Origin: Candidatus Xenobia bacterium
GTDB lineage: Bacteria; Vulcanimicrobiota; Xenobia; Xenobiales; QWHO01
DNA length: 64,000 nucleotides
Direction of reading: 5' to 3'
NCBI GenBank assembly: GCA_045863235.1
Contig: BTUM01000007.1
Coordinates: forward strand, 32,001-96,000
Positions 27,720 to 37,106 of the stretch are shown here, in pieces. Numbering within the stretch: position 1 is the stretch's first letter; each line of letters opens with the position of its first letter. A program made the translations under genes and the position numbers. The notes beneath the pieces are model-generated. The model saw only the letters and a list, made by a program, of their open reading frames with translations, did no database searches and was not told where the DNA came from.

Positions 27720-28868
27720 TCAGTGCGGACTCTTGCAGGGCAAACTAGCTACTACGGCGGGGCCCGGGGTCATGAGGGCCTGGGCTGACTCCGCGATGAA
27801 GGCGTCTGTCAGGCGCATGGCCTCCTCATCGCTGAGCTGGCGGGGCGGGTGCTTCATGAAGTAGGCGCAGGGACCCTCCAGCGGACCTCCCAGCCCGCGC
27901 TGGAGGGCCAGTTTGGCGCAGCGCAGGGCATCGATCACCACTCCGGCGCTGTTGGGTGAATCTTGCACCGACAGGCGCAGCTCCAACTCCATGGGCACGT
28001 CCCCGAAACCCTGGGCCTCGAGCCGGATGAAGGCCAGTTTGTTGTCCTTCTGCCAGGGCACATAATCACTGGGTCCGATGTGGATGTCCCCCGCCTCGAG
28101 CGGTTTGCGCAGTTGCGACTGCACCGACTCGGTCTTGGAGCGCTTCTTGGACTTCAGCCGACGGCGCTCGAGCATGTTGAGGAAGTCGGTATTCCCGCCG
28201 GTATTGAGCTGGTAGGTCCGCAAGACTTTGACCCCGCGAGAGGTAAACAACCGCGCCAACTGGCGGTGCAGGATGGTTGCTCCCACCTGGCTCTTGATGT
28301 CATCGCCCACAATGGGCAGGCTGGCTTTGCGGAATCGTTCCGCCCAGGTCGGGTCGGAGGCGATGAAGACCGGAACGCAGTTCACCATGGCGACTCTTGC
28401 CTTCAGGCAGGCGCTGGCATAGTGCTCCACGGCGCGCTCGGAGCCGACCGGAAGGTAGCACAAGAGCACTTCGGCCCCGCTCGCTTGGAGCACTTCGGCC
28501 ACATCGACCGGCTCGGTGTTGGCAGGCCGGAAGGCCTCCGACTCGGGATAATCCTCCATATGGGGCGCCACGCCGTCCAGTACCGGACCCATGCAAACTC
28601 GCACTCCGCTGGCCGGGATCTGGGCCTGGAAGACCCGGGTGCAATTTGGGGGGGCGAAGATGGCCTCCTCGAGCGGCCGCCCAACCTTGCGCTGGTCCAC
28701 GTCGAAAGCGGCCACGAACTCCACATCGCCCACTCCCCACGGCCCGATCCGAGGATGCATCAGCCCGGCGTAGGAGTCGCTCTCCTTGCCACGGTAGTAC
28801 TCCACTCCCTGAACCAGAGAGCTGGCGCAGTTCCCTACCCCAGCGATGGCCACACGGATCTTCGACAT
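27720..28868 (-). CDS. ino1: myo-Inositol-1-phosphate synthase
   Basis: RVAIAGVGNCASSLVQG, GDDIKSQVGAT, QLNTGGNTDFLNM, SKTESV and DSPNSAG; start ATG at 28868. Confidence 0.96.
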   Translation of the reverse strand: MSKIRVAIAGVGNCASSLVQGVEYYRGKESDSYAGLMHPRIGPWGVGDVEFVAAFDVDQRKVGRPLEEAIFAPPNCTRVFQAQIPASGVRVCMGPVLDGVAPHMEDYPESEAFRPANTEPVDVAEVLQASGAEVLLCYLPVGSERAVEHYASACLKARVAMVNCVPVFIASDPTWAERFRKASLPIVGDDIKSQVGATILHRQLARLFTSRGVKVLRTYQLNTGGNTDFLNMLERRRLKSKKRSKTESVQSQLRKPLEAGDIHIGPSDYVPWQKDNKLAFIRLEAQGFGDVPMELELRLSVQDSPNSAGVVIDALRCAKLALQRGLGGPLEGPCAYFMKHPPRQLSDEEAMRLTDAFIAESAQALMTPGPAVVASLPCKSPH

Positions 28869-29036
28869 CGAACGGTGCTCCTTTGACTCCCCCGCGTCCC
28901 TCGCGACGAAGCATTGTGCCGGCAGTATAGCTGTTCGGCCCTGGAGAATCAATGCGTGAGGCAAGAGCCCGCGAAGGACGCATGAGTTAACCTTTCGGAT
29001 CTCGCCCAGGCTGCCCGGGTACGCTATCTTGCCCAG

Positions 29037-29546
29037 GTGCAGGTCAACCCGGCAATCGACACGGTCATGCCCGAATCGGGGCCCGGCTTTCGCACGTACA
29101 ACCGCGAGCCGGGCGGGACCGACCAGTACGGGCTCGAGACCACCATCGACTTCTTCGTGGAGTTGGGCGACGAGTGGGAAGAGCGGCATGAAGTGCCCTT
29201 TCAGGTGGGCGACATCAGCCGACGCGGAGGAGGCCCCTTCCCGCCTCACGCCACCCATCGCAACGGCAACGACGTCGACCTGCGTCCGTTTCGACGGGAC
29301 GGCGAGATGGCCCCCACCGACATCTTCGACCTGGCCTACGATCAAGACGCCACCCGTGAGTTCGTGGAGCTGGTGAAAGAGCGCAACCCTCGCGCCATCG
29401 TGCTCTTCAATGATCCGCAACTGATCCACGAAGGCCTGACGCGTTACTCGCGAGGCCATTACAACCATCTGCACGTGCATCTGCCCCTGGAGGGCTCAGA
29501 TCCGGATGATTACCTCATCTGCTCGTGTCAGCATGAGCAGCACTGA
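29037..29546 (+). CDS. LAS-type zinc peptidoglycan endopeptidase (MepA/M74-like)
   Basis: VGDISRRGGG, HATHRNGNDVD (H-x6-D) and HYNHLHV (HxH). Confidence 0.8.
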   Translation: MQVNPAIDTVMPESGPGFRTYNREPGGTDQYGLETTIDFFVELGDEWEERHEVPFQVGDISRRGGGPFPPHATHRNGNDVDLRPFRRDGEMAPTDIFDLAYDQDATREFVELVKERNPRAIVLFNDPQLIHEGLTRYSRGHYNHLHVHLPLEGSDPDDYLICSCQHEQH

Positions 29547-29611
29547 GTCAACGCGCGGGACCTCATGCAAACGTCCTCGATGGCTGATGCAATAGCCCTT
29601 ATCGTGCTAAT

Positions 29612-30127
29612 CTAGTTTCCCCCGCGACGAGCCAGCAGATCGAGCATGGCCTGGTTGCCGGCGGCCAGATCGAAGGCGCTGCGGCCCCGATTGTCGACCA
29701 GCCCCACGGCGGCTCCCCGTTGCAGGAGCAAGGCCACGACTTCGGTGTGTCCCTCCGTCACCGCCTCCATCAGCGCGGTCCGACCTCGGTGGTTGTGGGC
29801 GTTGATGAAGGCACCCCAGTCAAGCAGCAGGGCCACGACATCCCGGCGTCCCTCCTCGGCCGCCTCGATCAGGGCCGTCTCACCCTCATCGTCGTGCAGG
29901 TTGGGTCGGGCGCCCTGCTCGAGCAGCCAGCGCACCACCTCCAGATGGCCTTCCTCGGCCGCTTCCATCAAAGCGGTCTCGCCTTCATCGTCTCGACAGT
30001 CGACTCGCACGTGAATTCGGGACATGGTTTGCAGGTCACCCGCTTCGGCGGCCTCCAGGAAGCGCTCGGCGGGACTGGCCAGGGCAGGGGCCACGAGGGC
30101 CACGAGAATCAGCAGGGTGTTTCGCAT
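29612..30127 (-). CDS. Secreted ankyrin repeat protein
   Basis: Signal peptide; three G(E/R)TAL(M/I)EAxxEG repeats. Confidence 0.9.
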   Translation of the reverse strand: MRNTLLILVALVAPALASPAERFLEAAEAGDLQTMSRIHVRVDCRDDEGETALMEAAEEGHLEVVRWLLEQGARPNLHDDEGETALIEAAEEGRRDVVALLLDWGAFINAHNHRGRTALMEAVTEGHTEVVALLLQRGAAVGLVDNRGRSAFDLAAGNQAMLDLLARRGGN

Positions 30128-33100
30128 GCCTCGGGCCTTCGCGCCCCTGACTCCAGAACCTCGCGCAGAGCATTGGCCGCCAGGGATAGCTGCTCATCGC
30201 TGTGCTGGCAGGTGACGAAGAATCGCAGCCGGGTGCTTTCTTCTCCCACTGCGGGGTAGAGGATGGGCAGCGCGTGCACTCCCCGCTCGTGCAGCCCGGC
30301 GGTGGCTTCCACCGTCTCCTGCAGGGTGGGGAAGAGTACCGGGATGACGGGTGTGCCCTGGCTGGTGCCGGTGTTGCCGCCGGCCTCCTGCAGTCGCTCC
30401 AGAAGGAAAGCCGCTCGCGCTCGCAGTCGGTGGACTCGCTCCGGCTCGCGCTGCAGAATGCCCAGGGCGGCCAGGGCGGCCGCCGCCGAGGCGGGCGGCA
30501 TGCCCACGCTGTAGACAAATCCGGGAGCGGTGAGCTTGAGGTAAGTGATCAGGGCCTGCGAGCCGGCCACGTAGCCGCCGCAACTGGCCAGCGCCTTGGA
30601 GAGCGTGCCCATCCACACGTCCACGCGGCCCGGCTCCACCCCCCAGTGCTCGGCCAAGCCCCGTCCGGATGCTCCCAGCACTCCCAGCGAGTGGGCCTCA
30701 TCCACCATCAGCAGAAAGCCATGTCGCTCCTTCAGCTGTAACAGTGCCGAGAGATCCGACAGGTCGCCATCCATGCTGTAGATTCCCTCCACCACCACCA
30801 GGGCTCGCCGATGCCCGGAGCGGTGGCGCGCCAGCAGCTTGTCCAGCGCCTCCAGGTCGTTGTGGGGGAAGGCCAGCTGCCTGGCTCCGCTCAGTCGGGC
30901 TCCCTGCAGCACGCTGTCGTGGATCAGGCCGTCGTGCAGCACCAGGTCACCGGGCCCCACGAGGCAAGCCAGCAGAGATACGTTGGTGGCGTGGCCGCTG
31001 ACCAGCGTCAGGCAGGCTTCGACACCGAGGAAGGCGGCCAGCGAGCGCTCCAGCTCCTCGTGCACGGGACGCTGGCCGGACACCAGACGCGAGGCAGAGG
31101 CCGAGGTGCCCCAGCGCTCCAGAGCCTGCACGGCGGCCTGGCGAACTTCGGGATGTCCGTTCAAGCCCAGGTAGTTGTAGCTCGAGAAGCTGAGCATCCG
31201 GCGCCCCTTGACCTCGGTCCAGGGGCCGCCGTCGCAGTCGTGGGTGTGCAGGTAGGGAACCTGCCACCCCCGCTCCTCGAAGTCTGCGATGCGGTCGAGC
31301 ATCGCGAGCACCTCGGGGAATTGGCTCAGGTCGTTCTGGGCCGTCAACTGAGCCTGCTGACCCAGTTCCTCCAAGAGCTGGCCTACCGTCGGGCGGCACT
31401 TCCAGAAATCGAGCGAGGGAGCACGCCCCAGCGATGCCTGCAGCTGCGCGTGCAACTGGGTCAGCATGAGCGAGTCGAATCCCAGGTGGGTGCTCAGGCT
31501 CTGGCGGCGCGTGATCTGCTCGCGGGGAAAGCCCCCCACTCGGGCCACCAGCGCCAGCACCGTCTCGTCCGACCGGTCGGCCGAGGGAGCCGGCAGAACG
31601 GAAAACTCGACCTCGGCGAGCTCCTCGGGCGGGGGATCGATCACCCAGTAGCGCTGCCGCTCGAGGGGCACGACCGGCAGGTTCACCAGCTGTCTACCCG
31701 GATACAGCCCGCTGAGCTCGATCGGATGACCCAGGGAATGGGCCAGGCCCAGGGCCAGCAGCTCGTGGCCCGGTCGGGCCAGCGACAGGGCCAGCTCGCC
31801 CGGAGCCTCGGCCCAGACGCACTGGCACAGCCCATCGCTGGGGCCCAGCTCGAGCCAGAAGGCAGGCTGGCTCTGGAGAGCCGCGGCCAGGGCGGGATGA
31901 AAGTCGGCCGGCAGGCTGGCCTGAGGATCGGCCTCCTGAACTAGCGGCGTGTGGTAGGCGTAGCGTCGATTCAGCACCCGGTAGGGGACCTCGCGCTCCT
32001 CCAGCGTCGACACCGCCTTCTCCAGGTTCTCAGCCGCCCCGCCGATGAGCTGCAGCCGGGAGTGGCTGCTGCCGGCCCAGAAGAGCCCCAGCTTTTCGGC
32101 CAGCTGCTCGGCCTCCGAGCGGGTCAACCGCACCGAGAGCAGTCCTCCCGGCGGGGTCTGCTCCAGAGCCCGATGGCGGCTGGCCAGGAAGGCCAGCAGT
32201 TCATCACCGGTCTGCTGGCTGGTCAGGACGCGGGCCACCATCGAGCCCAGGCTGTGACCCAGCGGCTGGCCCACCAGCCCGCGCTGATTCAGCCTGGCGG
32301 CCGCGCCCAGCTGGAAGGCAGCCAGTCGCTCGCCGTAGCTCTGACCGGCCAGCCCCTCCGGCAAAACCAGCTCTTCGGCCTGGCCGGGCAACAGGAAGAT
32401 GACTTCGCGTCGCTCGCCGCGCGGTCCGAGCACCAGGCCCGGCTCGAGGTAGCTCAGCCGATCGGGAGCAACGGCCAGCTCGCAGCAGGCGGCCTGAAGC
32501 TTGCTGCGCGCCTCGTCCACGGAGGCGGCGGTGAACAGGCACAGGAACTCGTGCAACTCGCGCTGCAGGGTCTGGGTGTAGGCGGTGGCCGCCAGGGGGT
32601 AGAGGTCGAGCCGGCTCTCGAGCTCGACGAGATAGCTGCGGAGCAGGCTGGGCGAGGGGGCGCTGCAACGAAAGAGCAGTGCCTCTTGAGACTCCGAGAG
32701 CCTGGCCGCGGACGGCGCCTCGGACAGGACTGCGAACGCATTGGTTCCTCCGAAGCCGAAGGCGCTCACCCCAGCCCGGCGTTCCTCCTCCGGCCACGGT
32801 CTGGCCTCGGTCTCGATGGCGAAGCGGTCGCGGTAGCGCTCGAGCTGGGGGTGCCAGCGCGAGAAGGCGGCCTGTGGGGGAAGAACTCCGTGGTGCACGG
32901 CCAGCGCGGCGCGGATCAGCCCGGCCACTCCGGCGGCACTGATGGTGTGGCCGATGTTGGCTTTGATCGAGCCAAGCTGAACCGGTCTCGGGCAGGGCTC
33001 GATGACCTGAGAGAGCGCCTCGAGCTCGATGGGGTCGCCCACCGTCGTGGCAGTACCGTGGCACTCGATGTAGTCCAGGCGGTCGACACCCGAATCGGCC

Positions 33101-34065
33101 AGCCCCATCTGGAGCACAAGCCTTTGGCCCTCGCTGACCGGGGTCATCGGGCCGCTGCTGGCCCCATCGGCATTCCAGGCCACGCCGCGAATGACGGCGT
33201 AGATCCGGTCCTGGTCGCGCAGGGCGTGCTCGAGACGCTTGAGCACGACCATGCCGGCCCCCTCGCCCAGAATGAACCCCTCAGACCCCTCGTCGAAGGG
33301 ACGGCACTCTTCCCGGGCCAGAGCGCCCACCCGGCTGAAGGCCAGCAGGTTGTCGGGTAGCACGGCCAGGTAGACCCCTCCGACCAGGGCCACCGGAGCC
33401 GGGCCGGGGCTGTCGGAAAGCCCGCGCAGATATTGCACCGCCTGTACCAGGGCCATCAGCGAGGAGGCGCAGGCGGCATCTACCGCCAGCGAAGGCCCGC
33501 CCAGGTCGTAGAACTGGGAAACCACCCCGGCACACATGCTGAGCTGGTTGCCGGGCAAGGTGTAAATGCGGATAGGCAGACATCGGTCGGCCAGCCTTGT
33601 GGTCAGCTCGTCCGGGGCCGTCTGGCCAAAGTCGCCGTGGGAGGCCTGGCAAAAGCGAGTGTAAACGCCGCAGAGCTGGTTGTACTCGCTGATGCTGGCG
33701 CCAATGAACGTGCCAGTGCGCTGGCGATCAAACGAGCTACCTTCGAGCCCGGCATCTTGCAGAGCCTCGCGGGCCACCTCCAGGGTGAGCCGCTGCTGCG
33801 GATCCATGACTTGACCTCGCCGGGGGGCGATCTGGAAGTAGCGGCCGGGAAACAGGTCGATGTCGTCGAGATAGGCCTGGGTGCGGCTGTGGATGCTCAG
33901 AGGGTCGCGCGCGGGGCGATTGAGGAAATGCTCGTGGTGCCAGCGTCGGTGGGCGATCGGGCGAATGCTGACATGGCGCTGCAGGATGTTCTGCCACAGC
34001 GAATGGAGATCGGGAGCGTCGGGAAAGCGGACTGCCATCCCCACAATGGCGACCGGCGCGTGCAC
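30109..34065 (-). CDS. Type I PKS module fused to a PLP alpha-oxoamine synthase (KS - short AT - ACP - AOS)
   Basis: KS: MDPQQR, DAACASS, ECHGT, KANIGH, SAFGFGGTN; AT: GHSLG, YAYH; ACP: LGFDSL; AOS: SYNYLGL, EGIYSMDGD, DEAHSLG, GTLSKAL. Confidence 0.9.
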   Translation of the reverse strand: MHAPVAIVGMAVRFPDAPDLHSLWQNILQRHVSIRPIAHRRWHHEHFLNRPARDPLSIHSRTQAYLDDIDLFPGRYFQIAPRRGQVMDPQQRLTLEVAREALQDAGLEGSSFDRQRTGTFIGASISEYNQLCGVYTRFCQASHGDFGQTAPDELTTRLADRCLPIRIYTLPGNQLSMCAGVVSQFYDLGGPSLAVDAACASSLMALVQAVQYLRGLSDSPGPAPVALVGGVYLAVLPDNLLAFSRVGALAREECRPFDEGSEGFILGEGAGMVVLKRLEHALRDQDRIYAVIRGVAWNADGASSGPMTPVSEGQRLVLQMGLADSGVDRLDYIECHGTATTVGDPIELEALSQVIEPCPRPVQLGSIKANIGHTISAAGVAGLIRAALAVHHGVLPPQAAFSRWHPQLERYRDRFAIETEARPWPEEERRAGVSAFGFGGTNAFAVLSEAPSAARLSESQEALLFRCSAPSPSLLRSYLVELESRLDLYPLAATAYTQTLQRELHEFLCLFTAASVDEARSKLQAACCELAVAPDRLSYLEPGLVLGPRGERREVIFLLPGQAEELVLPEGLAGQSYGERLAAFQLGAAARLNQRGLVGQPLGHSLGSMVARVLTSQQTGDELLAFLASRHRALEQTPPGGLLSVRLTRSEAEQLAEKLGLFWAGSSHSRLQLIGGAAENLEKAVSTLEEREVPYRVLNRRYAYHTPLVQEADPQASLPADFHPALAAALQSQPAFWLELGPSDGLCQCVWAEAPGELALSLARPGHELLALGLAHSLGHPIELSGLYPGRQLVNLPVVPLERQRYWVIDPPPEELAEVEFSVLPAPSADRSDETVLALVARVGGFPREQITRRQSLSTHLGFDSLMLTQLHAQLQASLGRAPSLDFWKCRPTVGQLLEELGQQAQLTAQNDLSQFPEVLAMLDRIADFEERGWQVPYLHTHDCDGGPWTEVKGRRMLSFSSYNYLGLNGHPEVRQAAVQALERWGTSASASRLVSGQRPVHEELERSLAAFLGVEACLTLVSGHATNVSLLACLVGPGDLVLHDGLIHDSVLQGARLSGARQLAFPHNDLEALDKLLARHRSGHRRALVVVEGIYSMDGDLSDLSALLQLKERHGFLLMVDEAHSLGVLGASGRGLAEHWGVEPGRVDVWMGTLSKALASCGGYVAGSQALITYLKLTAPGFVYSVGMPPASAAAALAALGILQREPERVHRLRARAAFLLERLQEAGGNTGTSQGTPVIPVLFPTLQETVEATAGLHERGVHALPILYPAVGEESTRLRFFVTCQHSDEQLSLAANALREVLESGARRPEACETPC

Positions 34066-34146
34066 GGTGCCGGCGCTTCGTCACTCGAAGCGGGGAACCT
34101 GCGCCGGAGGGCGAACCTGGCTCGACCAAGCTCGTTGGAGGATTTC

Positions 34147-34464
34147 GTGAAGCGTGCTCTCATCCTGGTTCTTACCCTGGCTTTGATGTCCCTGGCCCTG
34201 GCCGCCGATACCGCCACCATGAAGGCGACCTTCCTGGGTATCGAGCAGGGAGACTACTTCCACCTCAACGTCAAGGACGAGAAGGGGGAGGAGCGCAGCT
34301 TCTGGATTTCCAATGACGACAGCTTCAAGCCTTTTCTGGAGAAGCCGGAGAGCTACCGGGGCAAGAAGGTCGAGGTGACCTGGCACCGGGTCAAGCGCGA
34401 GATTCCCGAGGCCGGCGGGGAGATGGAGATCGACGAAGCGGTCTCGATTCGCCTGCTGAAGTGA
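34147..34464 (+). CDS. Small secreted hypothetical protein
   Basis: GGAGG RBS, GTG start, signal peptide MKRALILVLTLALMSLALA, strong codon bias. Confidence 0.8.
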   Translation: MKRALILVLTLALMSLALAADTATMKATFLGIEQGDYFHLNVKDEKGEERSFWISNDDSFKPFLEKPESYRGKKVEVTWHRVKREIPEAGGEMEIDEAVSIRLLK

Positions 34465-35047
34465 GGATCTGCCAGGCCTGGTCCTGAGTCTGAGCGATGG
34501 TGAGCTGGCTGTTGTCCAGGGTGACCGCCCCAAGGTGGCCAGCTTCCCGACGCAAACAGGCTTCCAGGCGGGCGAACTCCTCGGGCGCGTCCAACACCAG
34601 TCGATCGCCACAATCGTTTTTTCGCCGCAGGAAGTAACGGCGCTGGCGCTCGGGTAGCGAGGCGGTCAGGTAGATCGTCTGGTCGAAGCGGGGAAAGAAT
34701 TTCGTTGCCTGGCGCAGCAGGGCGGCCAGCTCGGCGCGCCCATGCCACTCTTCCCAGGCCAGGGTACGCAGCCAGCAAGAGTCCTGCAGGTGCACCTGGC
34801 CTGGACCCGGGAGCACGAAGTGGGCCGCGTCCCACATGTGGGCGGCCACGAACAGCATGGCCGCCCGGTCAGGGTCTCGCTCCAGGTCCTGGCGAAGCCG
34901 GTCGGCCTCGCGCGCCACCGGATTGTCCGGGCACAGGCAGTTTCGTGCCAGGCGAACCTCCAGGCCTTGCTTCTCGAAGCGTCGGGCCAGCTCGGGCACC
35001 AGGCTGGACTTGCCGGCCAGGTCCAGCCCCTCCACCAGGAGCATCAT
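34391..35047 (-). CDS. Thymidylate-kinase-like P-loop nucleotide kinase
   Basis: MMLLVEGLDLAGKSS, LQDSCW in place of the usual DR motif, TIYLTAS and TLDNS; ATGA overlap with the radical SAM gene. Confidence 0.75.
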   Translation of the reverse strand: MMLLVEGLDLAGKSSLVPELARRFEKQGLEVRLARNCLCPDNPVAREADRLRQDLERDPDRAAMLFVAAHMWDAAHFVLPGPGQVHLQDSCWLRTLAWEEWHGRAELAALLRQATKFFPRFDQTIYLTASLPERQRRYFLRRKNDCGDRLVLDAPEEFARLEACLRREAGHLGAVTLDNSQLTIAQTQDQAWQILTSAGESRPLRRSPSPRRPRESRA

Positions 35048-36327
35048 GCCGCCCACGGCGAGACCTCGGGGGCAAATCCGCGGGGAGAGGTGATCATCTG
35101 CAGGAACTCGGCGTGGCTGAGGCCTGAGCGAGGGTCGTAGTAGCTCTTGCGGTCCCATCGGGTCAAGTCCATGGCGTCCAGCTCCTGAACGCTCTTGGAG
35201 CGAAGCCTCTGGAAGGGGGTGGCTCCGGTGGGTCGGGGCACGAAGCCCAGGTCGAGCAGCAGCCGGTGGGTGTAGAGCACGTCCTCGCGACGCTGGCCGG
35301 GCAGCCCCAGCTGGGTGTAGGCTTTGCCCTCCACCCCGTAGCGGGCGAAGTGAGCCGCCACCTGCTCGAGCAGTCGCTCGTCCACCTTGGGGGTCAGCCT
35401 TCGGCTCCGGTCGGCGCACAGGGTCTCGATACCAAAGCCGATGCCCTTCAAGCCAACGCTGGCCAGCTCGGCCACCAGCGCCTCGTCGGCGTAGGGGTTG
35501 ACCAGGTCCACGGATTTGAAGGGAACCTCGGGGCACAGGCGAGCTTTGTGGGCGACGAAGGCTGCGATCCAATCGCGATCCTGCACCAGCAGGGGTGAAT
35601 GAAGCTGGAACAACTGGTAGGGCTCGGGCCCGCGGGAGAGATACTCGACGGTTTGCTCCACCGGTCGTCGGCGGTCCTTGATGCCCTCTTTGCGAGGGGT
35701 GGGACACCAGGCGGCGCAGTTGATGGGGCAACCGCGCGAGATGGTGAAGCTGAGGTCGTCGGTGCGCTTCTCGCGGTGCAGTCGAGCGGTGTGGTAGCCC
35801 GCGGGGTCGATGGCCGCAAGGTCGGGGAAGGGCCACTCGGCGCCCTCCAGAGTGCGGCCCGGGGCGGTATCGTTCCAGTCGTGGCCCCAGCGGTAGCGGA
35901 CCCCGTGCTCGGGGTCGAGGCCCTGGGCCAGGCGCTCGATGGCGTCAGCCAGCACGCGCTCGGGGTCGCCCGAGAGCACGACCACGTCGAAGGGATCGCG
36001 TTGGAAGTAGTGTGGGATGTAGACCAGGCTCTCGCCCCACACCAGGATGCGGGTGGCGGGAGAGATCTCGCGGGCCAGCTCGGCCAGGGCTCGGGCTGCC
36101 GGGGCTTCCCACACCCGGGCCCACAACACCAGGAAGTCGGGCTTGCGGGCCAGGTGGCGCACGATCACCCGCTCGGGGGCTCCCGTCAGGCCGGCCGCTT
36201 CGGTGATCACCTCATGATCGGGGAAGCGGGTCTTGAGGTAGGCGCTGGTGGCCGAGAAGACGGCTTGAAAGTAGTGCAAGGTCTTGTCGAACACCGGAGA
36301 GCTGGGGGAAACGTGCAGGATCTGCAT
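35044..36327 (-). CDS. Radical SAM protein with a B12-binding-like N-terminal domain
   Basis: Rossmann-like N-terminus (ILVWGE...FDVVVLSGDPE), SRGCPINCAAWC, IGFGIET and LGLPGQ; strong RBS GGGAGG. Confidence 0.8.
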   Translation of the reverse strand: MQILHVSPSSPVFDKTLHYFQAVFSATSAYLKTRFPDHEVITEAAGLTGAPERVIVRHLARKPDFLVLWARVWEAPAARALAELAREISPATRILVWGESLVYIPHYFQRDPFDVVVLSGDPERVLADAIERLAQGLDPEHGVRYRWGHDWNDTAPGRTLEGAEWPFPDLAAIDPAGYHTARLHREKRTDDLSFTISRGCPINCAAWCPTPRKEGIKDRRRPVEQTVEYLSRGPEPYQLFQLHSPLLVQDRDWIAAFVAHKARLCPEVPFKSVDLVNPYADEALVAELASVGLKGIGFGIETLCADRSRRLTPKVDERLLEQVAAHFARYGVEGKAYTQLGLPGQRREDVLYTHRLLLDLGFVPRPTGATPFQRLRSKSVQELDAMDLTRWDRKSYYDPRSGLSHAEFLQMITSPRGFAPEVSPWAA

Positions 36328-36464
36328 CCGGACCTCCCTTCGTTGGTGGACTCAGCCTATCAGAGCATGGAAAATCCTTCCGTAAGGAAGCTCACGCTCG
36401 AGCTGTGAGCCAGTTAACAAAGCGAGGGTGGATCAAGGGCTCGGAACGCGGCATGATGGCGGCG

Positions 36465-37064
36465 ATGAACGTGGGAGCTGTGAGTCGACCCCTACCGGTT
36501 GTGTCAGCAGGCGACGAGGAGGCCAACCGCCTGCTCGACCGCATGGCGGCCGCCCCGCTGGGTTACTTCGAACGCCGGACTCTGCTCAAAGCCGCCCGCC
36601 GACTGGGCACCGAGCCTCTCCAGCGCCTGTGCGAGGCGGGGGTCAAGATCCGCATTCCCGACGATCCGAATGCTATGCGGGCGGCTTACTACCCGAGCAC
36701 CAAGACGCTCAGCATCGCCCCTCGTCGTCTGGACGTGAGTACCGTGCTGCACGAGCTGGGACACGCCCTGGACGATCTGGCCGCCCCTGACGAGGGAGAG
36801 AAGCCGGTGCTGCGATCCGAGCGCGATCCCAAGCTGCAACAGCTGCACCAGAGCTACTGCCAGCGCGTGGACGAGCTGTCCTGGTGGCAGAAGTTCTGCA
36901 GCAAGACCCTGTGGAGCGATTACGCCCGCACCAGCCCTCAGGAGTATCTGGCCGAGGGCGTGATGGATTTTACCCGCAGCCCTCACCACAATCAGCGGCT
37001 CTTGCAGGCCGACCCTGAGCTCCACGCCTACGTTCAGGGTTTGCTCGTGGACATCAGCGCCTGA
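36465..37064 (+). CDS. Zincin metallopeptidase (anthrax LF / PPEP-like)
   Basis: VLHELGHALD and YARTSPQEYLAEG; start chosen from the CATGAT-N7-ATG spacing. Confidence 0.75.
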   Translation: MNVGAVSRPLPVVSAGDEEANRLLDRMAAAPLGYFERRTLLKAARRLGTEPLQRLCEAGVKIRIPDDPNAMRAAYYPSTKTLSIAPRRLDVSTVLHELGHALDDLAAPDEGEKPVLRSERDPKLQQLHQSYCQRVDELSWWQKFCSKTLWSDYARTSPQEYLAEGVMDFTRSPHHNQRLLQADPELHAYVQGLLVDISA

Positions 37065-37106
37065 GGTCCTTCCGCTGTGCAGGACGGCAAGACCTGCGAT
37101 GCTCTC

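Noticed and set aside
27720..29480. 586-aa Ino1 with an N-terminal extension
   Set aside because: The extension is antisense to the MepA-like gene; Ino1 homology and the RBS start at 28868.
36355..36415. SAM-I or cobalamin riboswitch ahead of the radical SAM gene
   Set aside because: The CCTATCAGAG similarity is on the wrong strand and the other conserved core elements are missing.
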